A stretch of DNA of 64,000 nucleotides from Octopus vulgaris (GCA_951406725.2 OX597835.1:18972001-19036000), one strand, 5' to 3'; positions 1-13,732 are shown, counted from the stretch's first letter. Made by a program: numbers and translations. The notes: a model not told the origin generated them from the letters alone.

Positions 1-100
1 TGTCAATGGTTGAGCATGAAATGCGTGTTGTGTATTTAAAGAATACGGACAGGATACGACAATTTACTTCGTTCTTTTACTTGACTAACCTCTCAACTTT

Positions 101-109
101 ATATGTATG

Positions 110-140
<31 letters not shown>

Positions 141-300
141 ATATGTATGTATGTATGTATGTATATATGTATGTATGTATGTATGTATGAATGCATTATC
201 TATCCAGCTATCTATTTATCTGTATGTCTGTGTATATGTGTATGTGTGTGTTTGTGTGTGTGTTTGCGTGTGTGTGTGTGTGTGTGTGTGTGTGAGTGAA
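101..300. repeat. compound microsatellite (TATG)n/(TG)n
   Basis: Direct reading; source of the YVCM/CV ORFs. Confidence 0.95.
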
Positions 301-442
301 TGTGTGCAAGTATGTGCCTGTGAGTTTCATGAATAGTTATATATGCGAACGGGGGGGGGGGTTCGTGTGCAAATTTACGCGCATAACATATACATACAAA
401 CACACACACAGACTCGGCCCTACACACGCACACACATCCAAG

Positions 443-479
<37 letters not shown>

Positions 480-1302
480 TTATATGACTAGGATTCCATT
501 CATCATTCATATCAGCTTTACTGATTATTCCTCTAATAGAGCGAAAACGACTTTTACTTATATTCTTCCAACTGCCTTTAATTCTACATTATATCCACAG
601 ACAAATAATTCTAGTTTTTATAACGATATCGTTTAATATTCGCTTGAACACCTTCAAAATACGTATGTGCAATGCATCTGTAATTAAAACCGCCATGTCT
701 GCCGGATAACAACATCCGTCTTTAATGAACAGCGTATAACGTCTGACCCGGGGGAGATTCATATCCTATTTCTATCGTTTACGTTGAGAATATTCAGAAT
801 AGTACAACAGTAAACAATGGAAGAGAAAGCAGAAATAAAATTTGACCAAGCTTTTAATACTGCAACAGGGGTAGCTTAAGATTATATTTCACAAAACATA
901 CCATTGTATTCCAGTACTTGAATGGGAAAAATTCAAGTTTTGGTGGAAGGCACAATGGCTAGCTAAGAATAATTACCTCAAGTATTGCAACTCTAACCTA
1001 ATTTAAACTGGCACTGCTTACCAAATTCCTTTTGTCTCTGCTGGTTTTATGAGAACATTTCTTGCATAATTCTCTTTTTATGGTGTACTTTCTGAAGAAT
1101 TTCCTTGTCTTGATATCAATGCAGACCAAGAGGGAGAGTGAGACACAGAGTGAGCGAATGTAAGAGGAGAGATAGACTTCGAGAGAGAGAGAGAGAGAGG
1201 CAGAGAAAGAGAGAGAGTGGGTAGGTTACTAATGGGAAGAAAGAACAAATGAAAGCAAGAGAAATTAAAGAGAGACAGAGACAGACTCGGATGGATGAAA
1301 TT

Positions 1303-1405
<103 letters not shown>

Positions 1406-1504
1406 AAGAGAAAAAGAGTTTTGGTGCGGGAAGGAAACGGAGAGAAGAACAATCAGAAATATAGAGACATACAAGAGAGTGAGAGAAGGGGAGACAAAAC
1501 AGGG

Positions 1505-1541
<37 letters not shown>

Positions 1542-1916
1542 AAAATGGTGATAGCGCAACAAAGAAAGAGAAGGGTATAGACAGACAAAGAAGTGAAAAG
1601 GAAGAATCAAGAATTTTGAGGTGGGGGAGAAGTGATTACAAGAATTGTGACTTGCCTTTTTTTGCGTTTCAATTGTTGCTTTTATTGTTGTTCATCCGTT
1701 CTTTATTGTTTTGTCTTATTTCACCAGTGAATACAATAGAATCTAAGAGATAACACTGCGCTGAAGTAAAACGCCGAATCGATAGTTTGGTGGCATTTTA
1801 AATGTCTCACGGAATGGAGGTTCGTATTCCGTTAAATATGATCTGCTACGCCGGTATGGCTATATATCATATATCTTATATTTTATTGAAGATGTTGGTT
1901 CTGAATATGCATATCA

Positions 1917-2296
1917 AAGCACTCCGTCGGTTACGACGACCGGGGTTGTAGGTGATCAGATAAACGGAACAGCCTGCTCGTGAAGTTAACGTGCAAGTAG
2001 CTGAGCACTCCACAGACATGTGTGCCCTTAACGTAGATCTCGGGGAGATTCAGCGTGACACAGAGTGTGACAAGGCTGGCCCCTTTGAAATACAGGTACA
2101 ACAGAAACAGGAAGAATGAGTGAGAGTAAGTTGTGGCGAAAGAGTACATCATGGTTCGCCACCAAGCCCCGCCGGAACGTCGTGAAACTTTAGTTGTTTT
2201 CGCTCAATAAACACTCACAACGCCCGGTCTGGGAATTGAAACAACGATCCTACGACCGCAAGTCCGCTGCCCGACCACTGGGCCATTGCACCTCCA
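1917..2296 (-). mobile_element. tRNA-derived SINE, family A (full length, diverged)
   Basis: Reverse complement of the family A sequence seen repeatedly here: head GGAGG-GCAATGGCCCAGTGG (A box), B-box-like TTTCAATTCCC, tail CGTCGTAACCGACGGAGTGCT. Confidence 0.9.
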
Positions 2297-2520
2297 CAAA
2301 TATGCATATAGACACAAGTATAGATAAATAAACACACATGAACGGATATATTTGTACATTTATGTAATCTATATATATAATGTGTGGAGAATGTGGATTG
2401 GGGATTGGGTGCGTTTGCATATATATTGAAAAAAAAAGATAAAAAGAAGAAGACACACAGAATGGGTAAGTTTTAACAAAGGCGTTATTTGACTCGTTTA
2501 CAGTTCGAAAAGAAAAAGAT

Positions 2521-2558
2521 AGTTAACGTTTCGGAAGCATGTCATTCATCAGAGAAAC
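2521..2558 (-). ncRNA. degenerate minimal hammerhead-like motif in a Penelope-like fragment
   Basis: Minus strand TTTCT-CTGATGA-A-tgacatgcttcc-GAAA-CGTTAAC; same layout as 62222-62256 but stems I and II are decayed. Confidence 0.4.
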
Positions 2559-3854
2559 GTGCATGTATAGGAAGTCATTTGTTTGGAATGTGTGTAGGGG
2601 ATAGAGAGTGAGTAGAAATTAGGTAAATTTTACGCGTGCTAGGTTAACTGACATTTCAGACATACTAGTGAAATGCACATTACGGCTGGCATACTGGCAG
2701 GCACGTTCGTATTATAATTCGTTAGAATTACGATCCATAAAGTTTGTCAAGTCGCTCAGCCGTTGATAAATATAACTAAACATGAAACATCTAAAATGCT
2801 TGATTCAACTCCTCATATATTTAATTAGTACATATTTAATCAGTTCACCGGAAAAGACGTATTTACATTCGCTTTTAGTTTACAAGTTGCAGTTCCAACT
2901 CTAGTGTATTCCTTTCAATATTGTTAATTGACTAAGCCGACTAGATTTGAACCAAGCATCTATCTATCGATTAAAGCTGCAACAAAAATGACTACAACAT
3001 ATAATGAATAAATATAATGAAAGTAGTAATAAAGAAAATAATAAAAAAAAAAACAATCATACTGAAGCAAACTACTAAAGACTGTTATCAAATCTCGCCA
3101 AATCCCATGAGATTTATATAACAGTTAGCCGTATTTATTAAACAATTTTCAAGTAGTCTCTCATACGCATCATTAATTTATCGAAGCGCTCCATTGCTAC
3201 TCATACTACATCATTCTTTGATCAAAGAGTTTATATATTTGAGCTAGCTAAGAACTTCCTAACATGTATAACAAACATTAAAAGATAAAGTTATATTTGA
3301 CGTAATTTCTTCTTGTTTACATGAAGGTCTGGCGGAAAGATTCAAAACGAAATAACCACTCACAAAAACACGTCTTTATTAGGTGTTCATGTTATTATTG
3401 TTGTTGTTTTTATTAGCCCCAGTTTTCGATTCATCGAGTAGTTCTACGATCAAAGCTGTTCCACTCGTGACCACTCCACCATTTTTGTTTTACCAACGCT
3501 TATATTATCAGCTGCATTGCTTTTCTCAGATGATCAGACGATTTTGATTGGGGTTTGATGAAAATTTTAAAACCAGATAAAATTAAAGCTTTGGGTACCA
3601 GTATTGTGAATTTTGTTCCAAAATCTACTCTATGTGATTCGAATTCATATAATTTGGTGTATGATTGATTTACGTTACACTGCACATCTAGAGTGTAAAT
3701 GTGACTAACAGCAGCAACATGCAAATTAGTGTGTAAACCTCTTTGATACTGGGTCTCAAAATTTTTACGGTCTGTTGTTATGGAGTTCGGTAAAAAGAGG
3801 TTACTTTTGTATTTCAGATAAAAAGTTGACAACTGTAATATGTTCTACTATAAG

Positions 3855-4047
3855 CACACGGCATGGAATTTTGTGGAAGAGAGTAAGTCGATTGTATCGT
3901 CCTAAGGATTCGATTGATACTTCTTTAGAGACCAGAAAAGGTGGAAAGCGAAAATGACCTCGGCGAAATATTTAAGTGTGAATATAATGACATACGGAAA
4001 GCCGCTAAGCATTTCGTACGGCGTGCTAATGGTTATGCCAGCTCGGC
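3855..4047 (-). mobile_element. SINE family C, old degenerate copy
   Basis: CCGCTAAGCATTTCGTACGGCGTGCTAA...GCCAGCTCG is the reverse complement of the family C head. Confidence 0.75.
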
Positions 4048-4051
4048 AAGT

Positions 4052-4052
4052 C

Positions 4053-4101
<49 letters not shown>

Positions 4102-4197
4102 ATGTGAAGAAGAAGAAGAAGAAGAAGAAGAAGAAGAAGAAGAAGAAGAAGAAGAAGATGAGGAAGAAGAAGAAGAAGAAGAAGAAGAAGAGGAGGA
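4052..4197. repeat. (AGT)n(AAG)n compound trinucleotide microsatellite
   Basis: Direct reading; source of the poly-S/poly-K ORF. Confidence 0.95.
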
Positions 4198-5273
4198 ATA
4201 CCGCAGCAAATATCAAACTACATGGACGTGTGACGGCGAGCTGCCACGAAGATAGATCAAATCTGAAACCATCTCGAAGCAGGAATTAAGAATCCGCAGG
4301 AATTAAGAATCGGCAGAAGCAATGAAAGGAAACTATGACTTAATGTAAGCGAACTCGGGAAACTAAGATTTTTCTTTAGCCCTGACCACTTCACAAGACC
4401 CACACCATCATCTAAACAGCTACACATGTACACACGCACACGTCAAGATCCCCAGTCCTTATCCACACGCACACCTTCATTTTGAGATCACCACTAATTT
4501 TCATCTCCCCTTCTGAGCCGTGGGAAAGGACGGCTGGATTGAAAAAAAAAATTCAGATGCCTATGCATTATGAGCGTGAGCATAAAAAAAATAAATTATA
4601 ACGGACAAAATAATTAAGTAAATACAATCAATAGTTATCGAAATATATTTCTATATATCTCAAATAATATTAAACCAAACTCGTTTAGGTCGAAGGCAAA
4701 CTTTGGCTATTATGATAATATACAACAATATATAGATATAAGAATGAAGTCTCAGGATCTTATTTAATCTCGAGAATGTAATAAAAGTTATAAATAAATA
4801 TAAAAGTTAATATATTACTATATTGTTAATATATAACAACTCTTCGCTTTTATTTAAAGGTATTGATATAAAAAAAAATATTTAAAGTAACTAAAAAAAA
4901 ACGTTATTTTTTATTTAGTTTATCATGGGAAGAATTCCGCAATAAATATGAAGAGAAACCTAAGAAATACGTTCTTTATTTACTTAATTTATCTGAAGAA
5001 TTCCGTAATAAATATGAAGAAACACTTAGTGCTAAAATAACTTCTGCCTATATAACCCCATATATAGAGAGTTAGGTAATAATAATGGGTGTCAAAATAT
5101 TACTAGTTTTTCAGAACTAACCAGATTTGAATTCACTTAAATAGGGATTATTTACTGTAAATAAGAAATAAATGTCCCTAGATTCGTATACTACGGAAGG
5201 GAGAACTCAGCAAATAAAATAAAGTAAGATAAACTAAAACAAAGATTGAGTATCGATCCTCGGTAACTTTATT

Positions 5274-5625
5274 CACTCTTTCACTCTTTTACTCTTTTAC
5301 TTGTTTCAGTCATTTGACTGCGGCCATGCTGGAGCACCGCCTTTAATCGAGCAACTCGACCCCGGGACTTATTCTTTTGTAAGCCCAGTACTTATTCTAT
5401 TGGTCTCTTTTGCCGAACCGCTAGGTAACGGGGACATAAACACACCAGCATCGGTTGTCAAGCAATGCTAGGGGGACAAACACAGACACACAAACACACA
5501 CACATACATATATATATATACATATATACGACGGGCTTCTTTCAGTTTCCGTCTACCAAATCCACTCACAAGGCATTGGTCGGCCCGAGGCTATAGTAGA
5601 AGACATTTGCCCAAGGTGCCACGCA
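5274..5625 (-). mobile_element. SINE family B (internal microsatellite), 5'-truncated
   Basis: Near-identical to the reverse complement of 38812-39244 and 57442-57855; (GAGTAAAA)n tail. Confidence 0.9.
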
Positions 5626-5984
5626 ATATTATTTTTTAAATAAATGACTATATATAGTATATATGAGAATTTTATTAATTCTTTCAGAAGTAACAAATTG
5701 TAATTGGTGTGCAGTTAACGCTCACGTTCATAATATATAGGGATTTAAATTAATTTTTGTTTTTCTGTCCAGCTGTTCTTTCACACGGAGTTTCGCCTGA
5801 CTATAAACCAATGCTCCGAAGAGACATATATAAGTGGATATGAATTGTATATAAATCAAATAATGTGTATAAGTCGAAGCAAACTGTTGTTTTTTTTTGC
5901 ATTTTTAATGATATTTCATGTTATCTTATATTCATAGTCTCTTATGATGTAATATAAATAGAATATTGGATTCTCGATTGAATC

Positions 5985-6036
<52 letters not shown>

Positions 6037-6074
6037 CTACCTTTTATCATTATTTCAACAATGAGGAGACCGTT

Positions 6075-6115
<41 letters not shown>

Positions 6116-6215
6116 ATAAACATATATATGTTTATATATATGTATATATATATAATTATATATGTTTATATATATATGTATATATATATATAATTATATA
6201 TGTTTATATATATAT

Positions 6216-6260
<45 letters not shown>

Positions 6261-7789
6261 GTTATTTTTTCTTTTGCATCATGTCACAATTGTGTTCACC
6301 AATATAAAAAAAAATGAGTCTGAAACAGCTGTAGCGGACAGCAATCCATGTGTTGTTATACATACATACTTACGTACACACACATACATGCACACACATG
6401 AACACACACATATAACATAACTAAATCGAGTGCGCGCGCACACACACACATAACTATAGAAAGCGTGCGGGGGGGGGGGTTAGTTTTGTTTGTTAGCGTG
6501 TGTGACATCATCTGTAATCGTTGTCATTCGTTTGCTTGAATTTATTGCAAACAATACTAGCATTACTCAACCTCATAGTAAATAAATTAAAATAGATTGT
6601 GTAATATCAAGAGGTGACACTCTAGAAAACTCTGGTATTATTGTTATGGCGATAAGTGTAATATACTGAAAGGGGGTAAATTACTTTGAAGAGCATAAAA
6701 CAAAAGATCTATAGAGGCGATGAAATATATTAATACATTAACATTAATCTGATGAATATAACGTTACATTATTATATTTTGTTAAAGTAGATTAAGTGTT
6801 CCGGCTTGTGTTAAAATCTTGTAAAGATTTTCTATAAAAAATATACAAGATTCTCAATGCTTAAACTTATCTAATTACCGAGTTTCTGTTTAGTTTTCGT
6901 ATAATAGGTTCATCCAACTAATTTCTATTCTGAAAACCCTTTTTTTTTTCTCTTAATTATTTTGTTTTGAATCGGGTATGCGATGTGAAGCAATTTTGGA
7001 ATTCCACTTCATATTTATTGAGGTAATAATTGTATATCTTGCTTGCTTTTTATTTTTCCGTTATGAGTGCTGACTACTAAGCACTTGAAAGTGTTGCAAC
7101 CACAGAACTAATTAAGAGCCGATATTTTTGTTTTTTGCTGTGTGTCATTAAAGTTAGCGGTTCAATTCCATTGAGATCAACATTGAATTACATCCCTTCA
7201 GACCGATGAATAAAATTATCAGTCGCGTGGAAGGTGCGATGATATAGCTTAAAACCCTTTCCACAAAATTCCTAGCTTTGAGATTAAATAATGTACTCTT
7301 AATGCTAAACACCTGAGATAATTATATTTCGAATTTACTTATCATTTTTCTATGTTTTCTTTTCTTGATATCCGGGTTCTAGTTTTAGTATTCAGGTTCT
7401 CTGGAGTCTTTATTATAATTAACAATAATATATATTTCCTATTTAATCACCGTTTTTTCTCTTCCAATGAAAAATTAAATATAAGAGGGCACAAAAATGT
7501 GATATGTTATTTTATTTTCTCTCGATATACACCTAAGTTTATTTGGTTAATCGCTCTCCCAACCCATAGTGTACCTACTGGATAGTGTAATCTAAGGTAG
7601 ACAATGCAGCGAAATGAATTTGCGTTGATATTCGATGTTTGAATCAAAAAACAACAGAGGAAAATATCGGGGATAATTACTGTTTCGAGCTGGCTTTTTG
7701 CAAAGCGAAGAAATTCACTGGTGAAGAAGAATCCATTCATGCATTGGAGTTGAGCTTTATTTCATCTAAACCAGATTCCTTTCGATTGT

Positions 7790-7975
7790 AGGCTCAAAGC
7801 CTAAAATTTTAAGAGAGTTTGGTGGTCGGACCCTTAGTTACATATTTCATCGACTTCGAATTGATGAAAATCAAAGTGGGCATCGGCGAAATTTGAACTC
7901 AGGAAGTAAAGATGGACGAAACGTCACAAAGCATTTTCATCCGGCGTGCTTATGCTTCAGGCAGAGAACTGCCTT
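7790..7975 (-). mobile_element. SINE family C, very degenerate
   Basis: CGGCGAAATTTGAACTCAG...GCATTTTCATCCGGCGTGCT resembles the reverse complement of the family C head. Confidence 0.65.
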
Positions 7976-8292
7976 ATTTTAGTAACATCAGAATGATATT
8001 TCACTTCAGTATGATTTCAATACTGATTGCAAGAAAAAAAAATTAATTTAACACACAAATTTATTTTTGTAACCGAAATATTGTTCTCTCTTTCATCGTG
8101 ACAGTCAGGCTTAACTAGGTGTATATAATTGAGATAGGACGCACATCCGTTTCTTATGTAATGTATCAGTTACCATTTTCAAAATATCTATATTCTGATT
8201 ATTCCTTATATTATATATATGTGTGTGTGAGTGTGTGAGTGTGTTTGTGTGTTTGTGTGTATACGTGTGAGTATGTATGTCTGTATTTGTGC

Positions 8293-8342
<50 letters not shown>

Positions 8343-8362
8343 TTCATATATGTATATGCATT

Positions 8363-8400
<38 letters not shown>

Positions 8401-8403
8401 TAT

Positions 8404-8603
8404 AGGGAGAGTTTACGAAAAAATACAAGAGACAAAGACAGGTGGTGTAGAAAACAAATATATGTATTAGTATAACGCTCAGGAATAGAAAAAGTCTTTT
8501 ATATTTCGAGCCTACGCTCTTCTACAGAAAGGGAAACAAAAAATAAGGAGAGAAAAAATGTGTGTAGTGGCTAACGATCTATCATGGGGACAAGTGCCGG
8601 ACA
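8404..8603 (-). mobile_element. HHR-bearing short element (family H1) in a (TA)n tract
   Basis: Homologous to 24645-24841 and 58324-58520; minus strand CTTT-CTGTAGA-A-GAGCgtagGCTC-GAAA-TATA-AAAG at ~8495-8533. Confidence 0.75.
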
Positions 8604-8605
8604 TA

Positions 8606-8674
<69 letters not shown>

Positions 8675-9535
8675 TATATACATATAAACATATATACATA
8701 CATACAAACACACACACATACGCACACATATATGTATGTGTATGTGTCTATGCAATTTGATTGCTAATAGAGTTTTAGGTATGCATATTAAGTATAAAAA
8801 CATGGAAGAACCCATTTAAATATTTGCTTTTCTGAAGACAGACGTAATACATCTGTGATGATTGGTACATTGACCAACCTCACAGACACCCCTTTCCTTC
8901 GCAATGGTAAAAACCGGTTAGTGCGCTCTATTTATAGTGTTCTCTCATATAATAAGGAACAGTTTGGTAGAAACATTGTATAGGGGAGAATAGAAATTTT
9001 TGTTTTGTTCTACTTGAACAGCAAAAAATAATTAAATTAAATATTGCGGTTTCTCTCACACATTTCCTTGTTTAATATTCATCACAATCGCTTATATATT
9101 TGGTCTGGATAGAGAATGTTTGTAATGAAACAGACACAAAAAAAAAATGTAGAGGGAAATGAGAAATGACTATTATGATTTAAAGACAAACCTTATGGAT
9201 GGATTCTTCTATTTATTTCATTTCCAACCAACTTTGAATGTTATGAATGGTCACTAATACAATTCTGATTTTATGAGGTTTTATACAAAGCTAATATCTT
9301 AACACAATTCGATTCCTGTTTTGTTTTTATTTAAAATGCATTCAAGGAACACGAAAACAAAATATTGTATTTTTTTTTATTGCTACGTTTTATAGTAACT
9401 TCGTAACCAGCAGCACAACTCATAACATTTCAAACTCCTTTTATGAATAGTAAATTGCCTCAGTTTCGGCTACTGTCAGTCATTTTTGTAGAACGGTAGT
9501 CTGTACACCATACATATAGCTAGCACTTTATCCGC

Positions 9536-9537
<2 letters not shown>

Positions 9538-9592
<55 letters not shown>

Positions 9593-9853
9593 TATAGATA
9601 TGCATATATACATGTGTGTACGTGTGTGCCCTTTGCATATCTGTTTGTTCGTGTTTTTAACTATACACACACACATATATATATATATATATATGTTTAT
9701 ATATATGTATATATATATATATATGTATATATATATACTTCCATATATATATATATATATATATATACATACATATATATGTATACGTATTATGTAGATA
9801 TATTTATATGTATATATATATATGTGTGTGTGTGTATATATATATACATATAT

Positions 9854-9889
<36 letters not shown>

Positions 9890-9916
9890 GCAAACACATA
9901 CACACACACACACACA

Positions 9917-9983
<67 letters not shown>

Positions 9984-10005
9984 GCAAACACACAAACACA
10001 CACAC
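9538..10005. repeat. compound (TA)n/(CA)n/(TG)n microsatellite block
   Basis: Direct reading. Confidence 0.95.
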
Positions 10006-11124
10006 ATCAGAAATACATCAGCAAACGATTTGTCTCGTTCTGCATCGCGGAATACGGTTGATGGGCGATGCTTGCAGCGTGTATATTGTGTATATTGTGC
10101 ATCATTTAAATACCGAACTGCAATTAAATGTAAGATAAATGGAAACGGATTTCATTTGTAGCTCATATTCTGTTGCTTGTAATTCGCCAGTTCGACTGCC
10201 TGGTTATTTGCTTCCCTTTTAGCCAAAATAACAGCAAAAGTACTGTAGTGTAATATAGAAAAATCTGATAAATCCGTCTAACGAGACTTCACGGCATAAT
10301 ATTCTACTAAAGGAAATTCTAAACCATATCCAGCTATCGGCTCAATTTCGGTAATTTGAATGCATGACTGGGTAATTGTGAAGGTTCGCAGCTCAAAATA
10401 ATTCAATCCGCAACTTGTTTCTCTTTTGTAGTTGAATTAGGGCGTCTAAATGTATTTTAAGCCATAGATATTTTTCTTCTCTTATGTTATATGTGTAACA
10501 GGTTCGGTATGCTATCGTGGCTTGTTTTCTTTTTACTGTTTTTGGGGATATAAAATCATGAAATACGTGAATTGTCAACGTTTTAAACACGCTAGTTTCT
10601 GAACGAGAGAGTAAATATGCGCCATCGCTGTCTCTCCCGCCTCTTTTTCTCTCTTTTTAACTCTCTTTTTTCTTTCGTTCTCGCTTTTCCTCTCTCACCA
10701 ACTCATCCTTTCTCTCGCTCGCTAGCACTCCCTCATTCTTTCGTTCGCTCTGTCTTCTTGTTTCTTTTCGCTCTCTCTCTCTCTCTCTCTTTCTCGCTCT
10801 CTCTGTCTACGTCTCTGTCTCTCTCACTCGCTCGATACACGGAACTCAATTCGATAGTTTTGTTTTTAAATGTCTCCAGTTTAACAAATCGCGTTGTCGT
10901 AGCTAAAACTACTTTGATCATAGACTGATAAGCTCGCATTAAACTGTGCCTGAACAATAATAAAAAAGACCAGCATCATTAACTATTTTTGTATTCGATT
11001 TGCAAGATTTCTGATGTAAAAGAAAAGAAAGAGATACTGTTATATTTCGGGACGGTAATGTTTTTATGACCAAATAAACACATGCACTGTATATTTGTAC
11101 TTCACATCAGATTTATTATTGTTC

Positions 11125-11704
11125 ATATCTATTTCGTCGCACGTCCTGTGACCTCTGCAGCGACACCCCATCCCACGTGTCTCTTCCTGTTCTAATGGGT
11201 TTAAGAAGCTATAATAAATCTGATGTGAAAAATGAATGTAGAGTATGGGTGTTAATTTGGCTGAAAAAATTACCATCCTATAATATACTAATATCCCCAA
11301 AATTCTCTATTTGGAAGGAAAGGTTAAATACATTAGTAAGATTTTTAGTATTTCAATTAGTCAAACTATACGAGATGATAGAAAAGAAGGTACTATGTTG
11401 TATATTCAGTGTTATATCTGTTTCGTCACACGTTCCGTGACCTCTGCAGCGACACTCCATCCCTCGTGTCTCTTCCTGTTCTAATGGGTTTAAGAAGCTA
11501 TAATAAATCTGATGTGAAAAATGAATGTAGAGTATGGGTGTTAATTTGGCTGAAAAAATTACCATCCTATAATATACTAATATCCCCAAAATTCTTTATT
11601 TGGAAGAAAAAGGTTAGATACATTAGTAAGATTTTTAGTATTTCAATTAGTCAAACTGTACGAGATGATAGGAGAGAAGGTACTATGTTGTATATTCAGT
11701 GTCA
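11125..11704 (-). repeat. 289-bp direct tandem duplication with one hammerhead-like motif per unit (retrozyme-like dimer)
   Basis: Units 11125-11413 and 11414-11704; unit 2 on minus strand AGTGTCG-CTGCAGA-G-GTCACggaacgtGTGAC-GAAA-CAG-ATA-TAACACT. The duplication is certain; the ribozyme is inferred. Confidence 0.7.
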
Positions 11705-11894
11705 TGTCAGTGTACCACTATATACTTTAGCTTGATGTTTATGAAATTTTATTGACATATATTATCAAGCATTTAAACGTTCTAGTTGGTGGGTGTTTCA
11801 GACCCTGTTATTCTAGGTTCCTTATTTTTCTCAGTATTGAGTGTGCTTTCACATGCCAAAACGATGTTCATTGATTACAATTAATGATTTATAC

Positions 11895-12200
11895 ATAATG
11901 TAAAGTATAGAAGCCATCTTATTATGGCTAATCACATTGGGGAGGGGGTGTTAATGTAGCTTTATAGCCCCAAGAGATCGTCGTCTCTAGCTGGCTTTAG
12001 ACACAATATCAGTGCTCTTGGAGTATTTTCAAAGGGAGGTCATCCCTTCCTCGATGGCTTCCCTTTGCAAATACTCCAAGGGCACTGATATTGTGTCCAA
12101 AGCCAGCTAGAGACGACGATCTCTTGGGGCTATAAAGCTACATTAACACCCCTCCCAATGAGGTTAGCCATGATAAGATGGCTTCTATACTTTACATTAT
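11895..12200. repeat. long near-perfect palindrome (fold-back element)
   Basis: Arms 11895-12044 and 12053-12200 are reverse complements with few mismatches; 14-bp direct repeat ATGATTTATACATA at 11884-11897 and 12240-12253. Confidence 0.9.
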
Positions 12201-12384
12201 CGAGCGATTACTATTTCAATCTCATTCTGAGATTTAATTATGATTTATACATAGTACAGCAGAAAGTTTGCGCAGATTTCAAAGGTTAATAAAAAGCAAA
12301 CATGAAGATATACAAAAAATAACGGTGCTCTCCAATCAAGGCCTGGGTGTTTACGACCTGAAACAGAAGTAAGAAATGGCATGT

Positions 12385-12990
12385 AATGCTTCAGCACGCA
12401 AGTCTTTGATTTCAATGGTTGCTGTGCGTGTCTGTGATTTTCAGCTTATTCCTTAACTTCTATATTCTCTTGATTTGGTCTTATCTGAATCTCATCTGTT
12501 CCCCACCATGAAAAGACACATGTCTGGGACCCGGTATCGCTGCTGTGCTCTTTCGCCACAACTTTCTCTCACTCTTACTTCCTGTTTCTCTTGTACCTGT
12601 ATTTCAAAGGGCCGGCCTTGTCACTCTCTGTGTCACGCTGAGTATCCCCGAGAACTACGTTAAGGGTATACGTGTCTGTGGAGTGCTCAGCCACTTACAC
12701 GTTAATTTCACGAGCAGACTGTTCCGTTGGTCGGATCAACCGGAACCCTCATCGTCGTAACCGAAGGAGTGCTTCCATATCCATCGCAGAGAGGATGACG
12801 TCACATCTGATGTTGATAGTTTTTGTTTTTAGAAACTCGTTGAGAGCTTCTTCACGAACGAGGTCCAAGCACGACAAGACCGAGGGCAGAATTGTGTGGA
12901 CCGCAAGGATTAATATGTTAAAAACTCAAAATCATTTCTTAATATTCCATGGGAATAACTTGGTCAGCCTATGAAATTTTAAGCCTCGTA
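12385..12990 (+). mobile_element. decayed mariner transposon 3' part, split by a SINE
   Basis: Translates NASARKSLISMVAVRVCDFQLIP*LLYSLDLVLSESHLFPTMKRHMSGTRYR | REDDVTSDVD...ESFFTNEVQARQDRGQNCVDRKD*YVK, matching the mariner DNAPxH...YSPDLAPSD...WxKCV..GxYVE C-terminus; TIR-like end GGTCAGCCTATGAAATTTTAAGCCTCG-TA. Confidence 0.8.
12541..12782 (+). mobile_element. SINE family A, 5'-truncated, inserted in mariner
   Basis: 3' 240 bp of family A; ATCGC duplicated at 12536-12540 and 12783-12787. Confidence 0.9.
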
Positions 12991-13046
12991 TATTGTTCGA
13001 CGCTCTAAAATTGGATAAACATATCTCTATATGTACACGCGTGCTT

Positions 13047-13060
13047 TTATACATACATAC

Positions 13061-13152
<92 letters not shown>

Positions 13153-13165
13153 GTAGATAGATAGT

Positions 13166-13263
<98 letters not shown>

Positions 13264-13270
13264 TACATAT
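13047..13270. repeat. (TA)n(GA)n(GATA)n microsatellite
   Basis: Direct reading. Confidence 0.95.
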
Positions 13271-13732
13271 AGATACTGATATACATACCTAGGCCATACG
13301 AACGGAAATAACCATAACAAGTTGGTGTATCTTAAGAAGCAGAGCAATATATTGGAATATGAATGCCCCGGACACATAGGCCGTAATTATCAAGAATATT
13401 TACGATAATTATATATACTGGACGTAACATATGCTGGGCACGATCTTACACCTCAGTCACCGAAAGCACTTATTTATTGCTGCCGGTATCAATCGTATGA
13501 CATATCATTCATCTGACTATCCAATGCTGTTATATGTACAAGGCGACTTACACGTCATCTGATGGCATCTTAAGATACTGTGTTTGATATACAGCTTATG
13601 ACTGCATGAGAATCATTGCACACATACTTCTCCACTTCAAGTGCAGCGGCGGCGGATTACTCATTCCTATCCAGAAGTCTGGACAACGTGGACGCACACT
13701 ACCGCACACACACACACACACACACACACGTA

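Noticed and set aside
3500-3832. 110-aa minus-strand ORF
   Set aside because: Non-ATG start, no recognisable motif and no convincing splice pair
4929-6340. Further hammerhead-like traces (CTGAAGA..GAAACAC ~4993-5035; CCGAAGA..GAAG ~5816-5890; GAAACAGCTGTA ~6322)
   Set aside because: Multiple core mutations or missing stem I; compatible with decayed elements but not supportable individually
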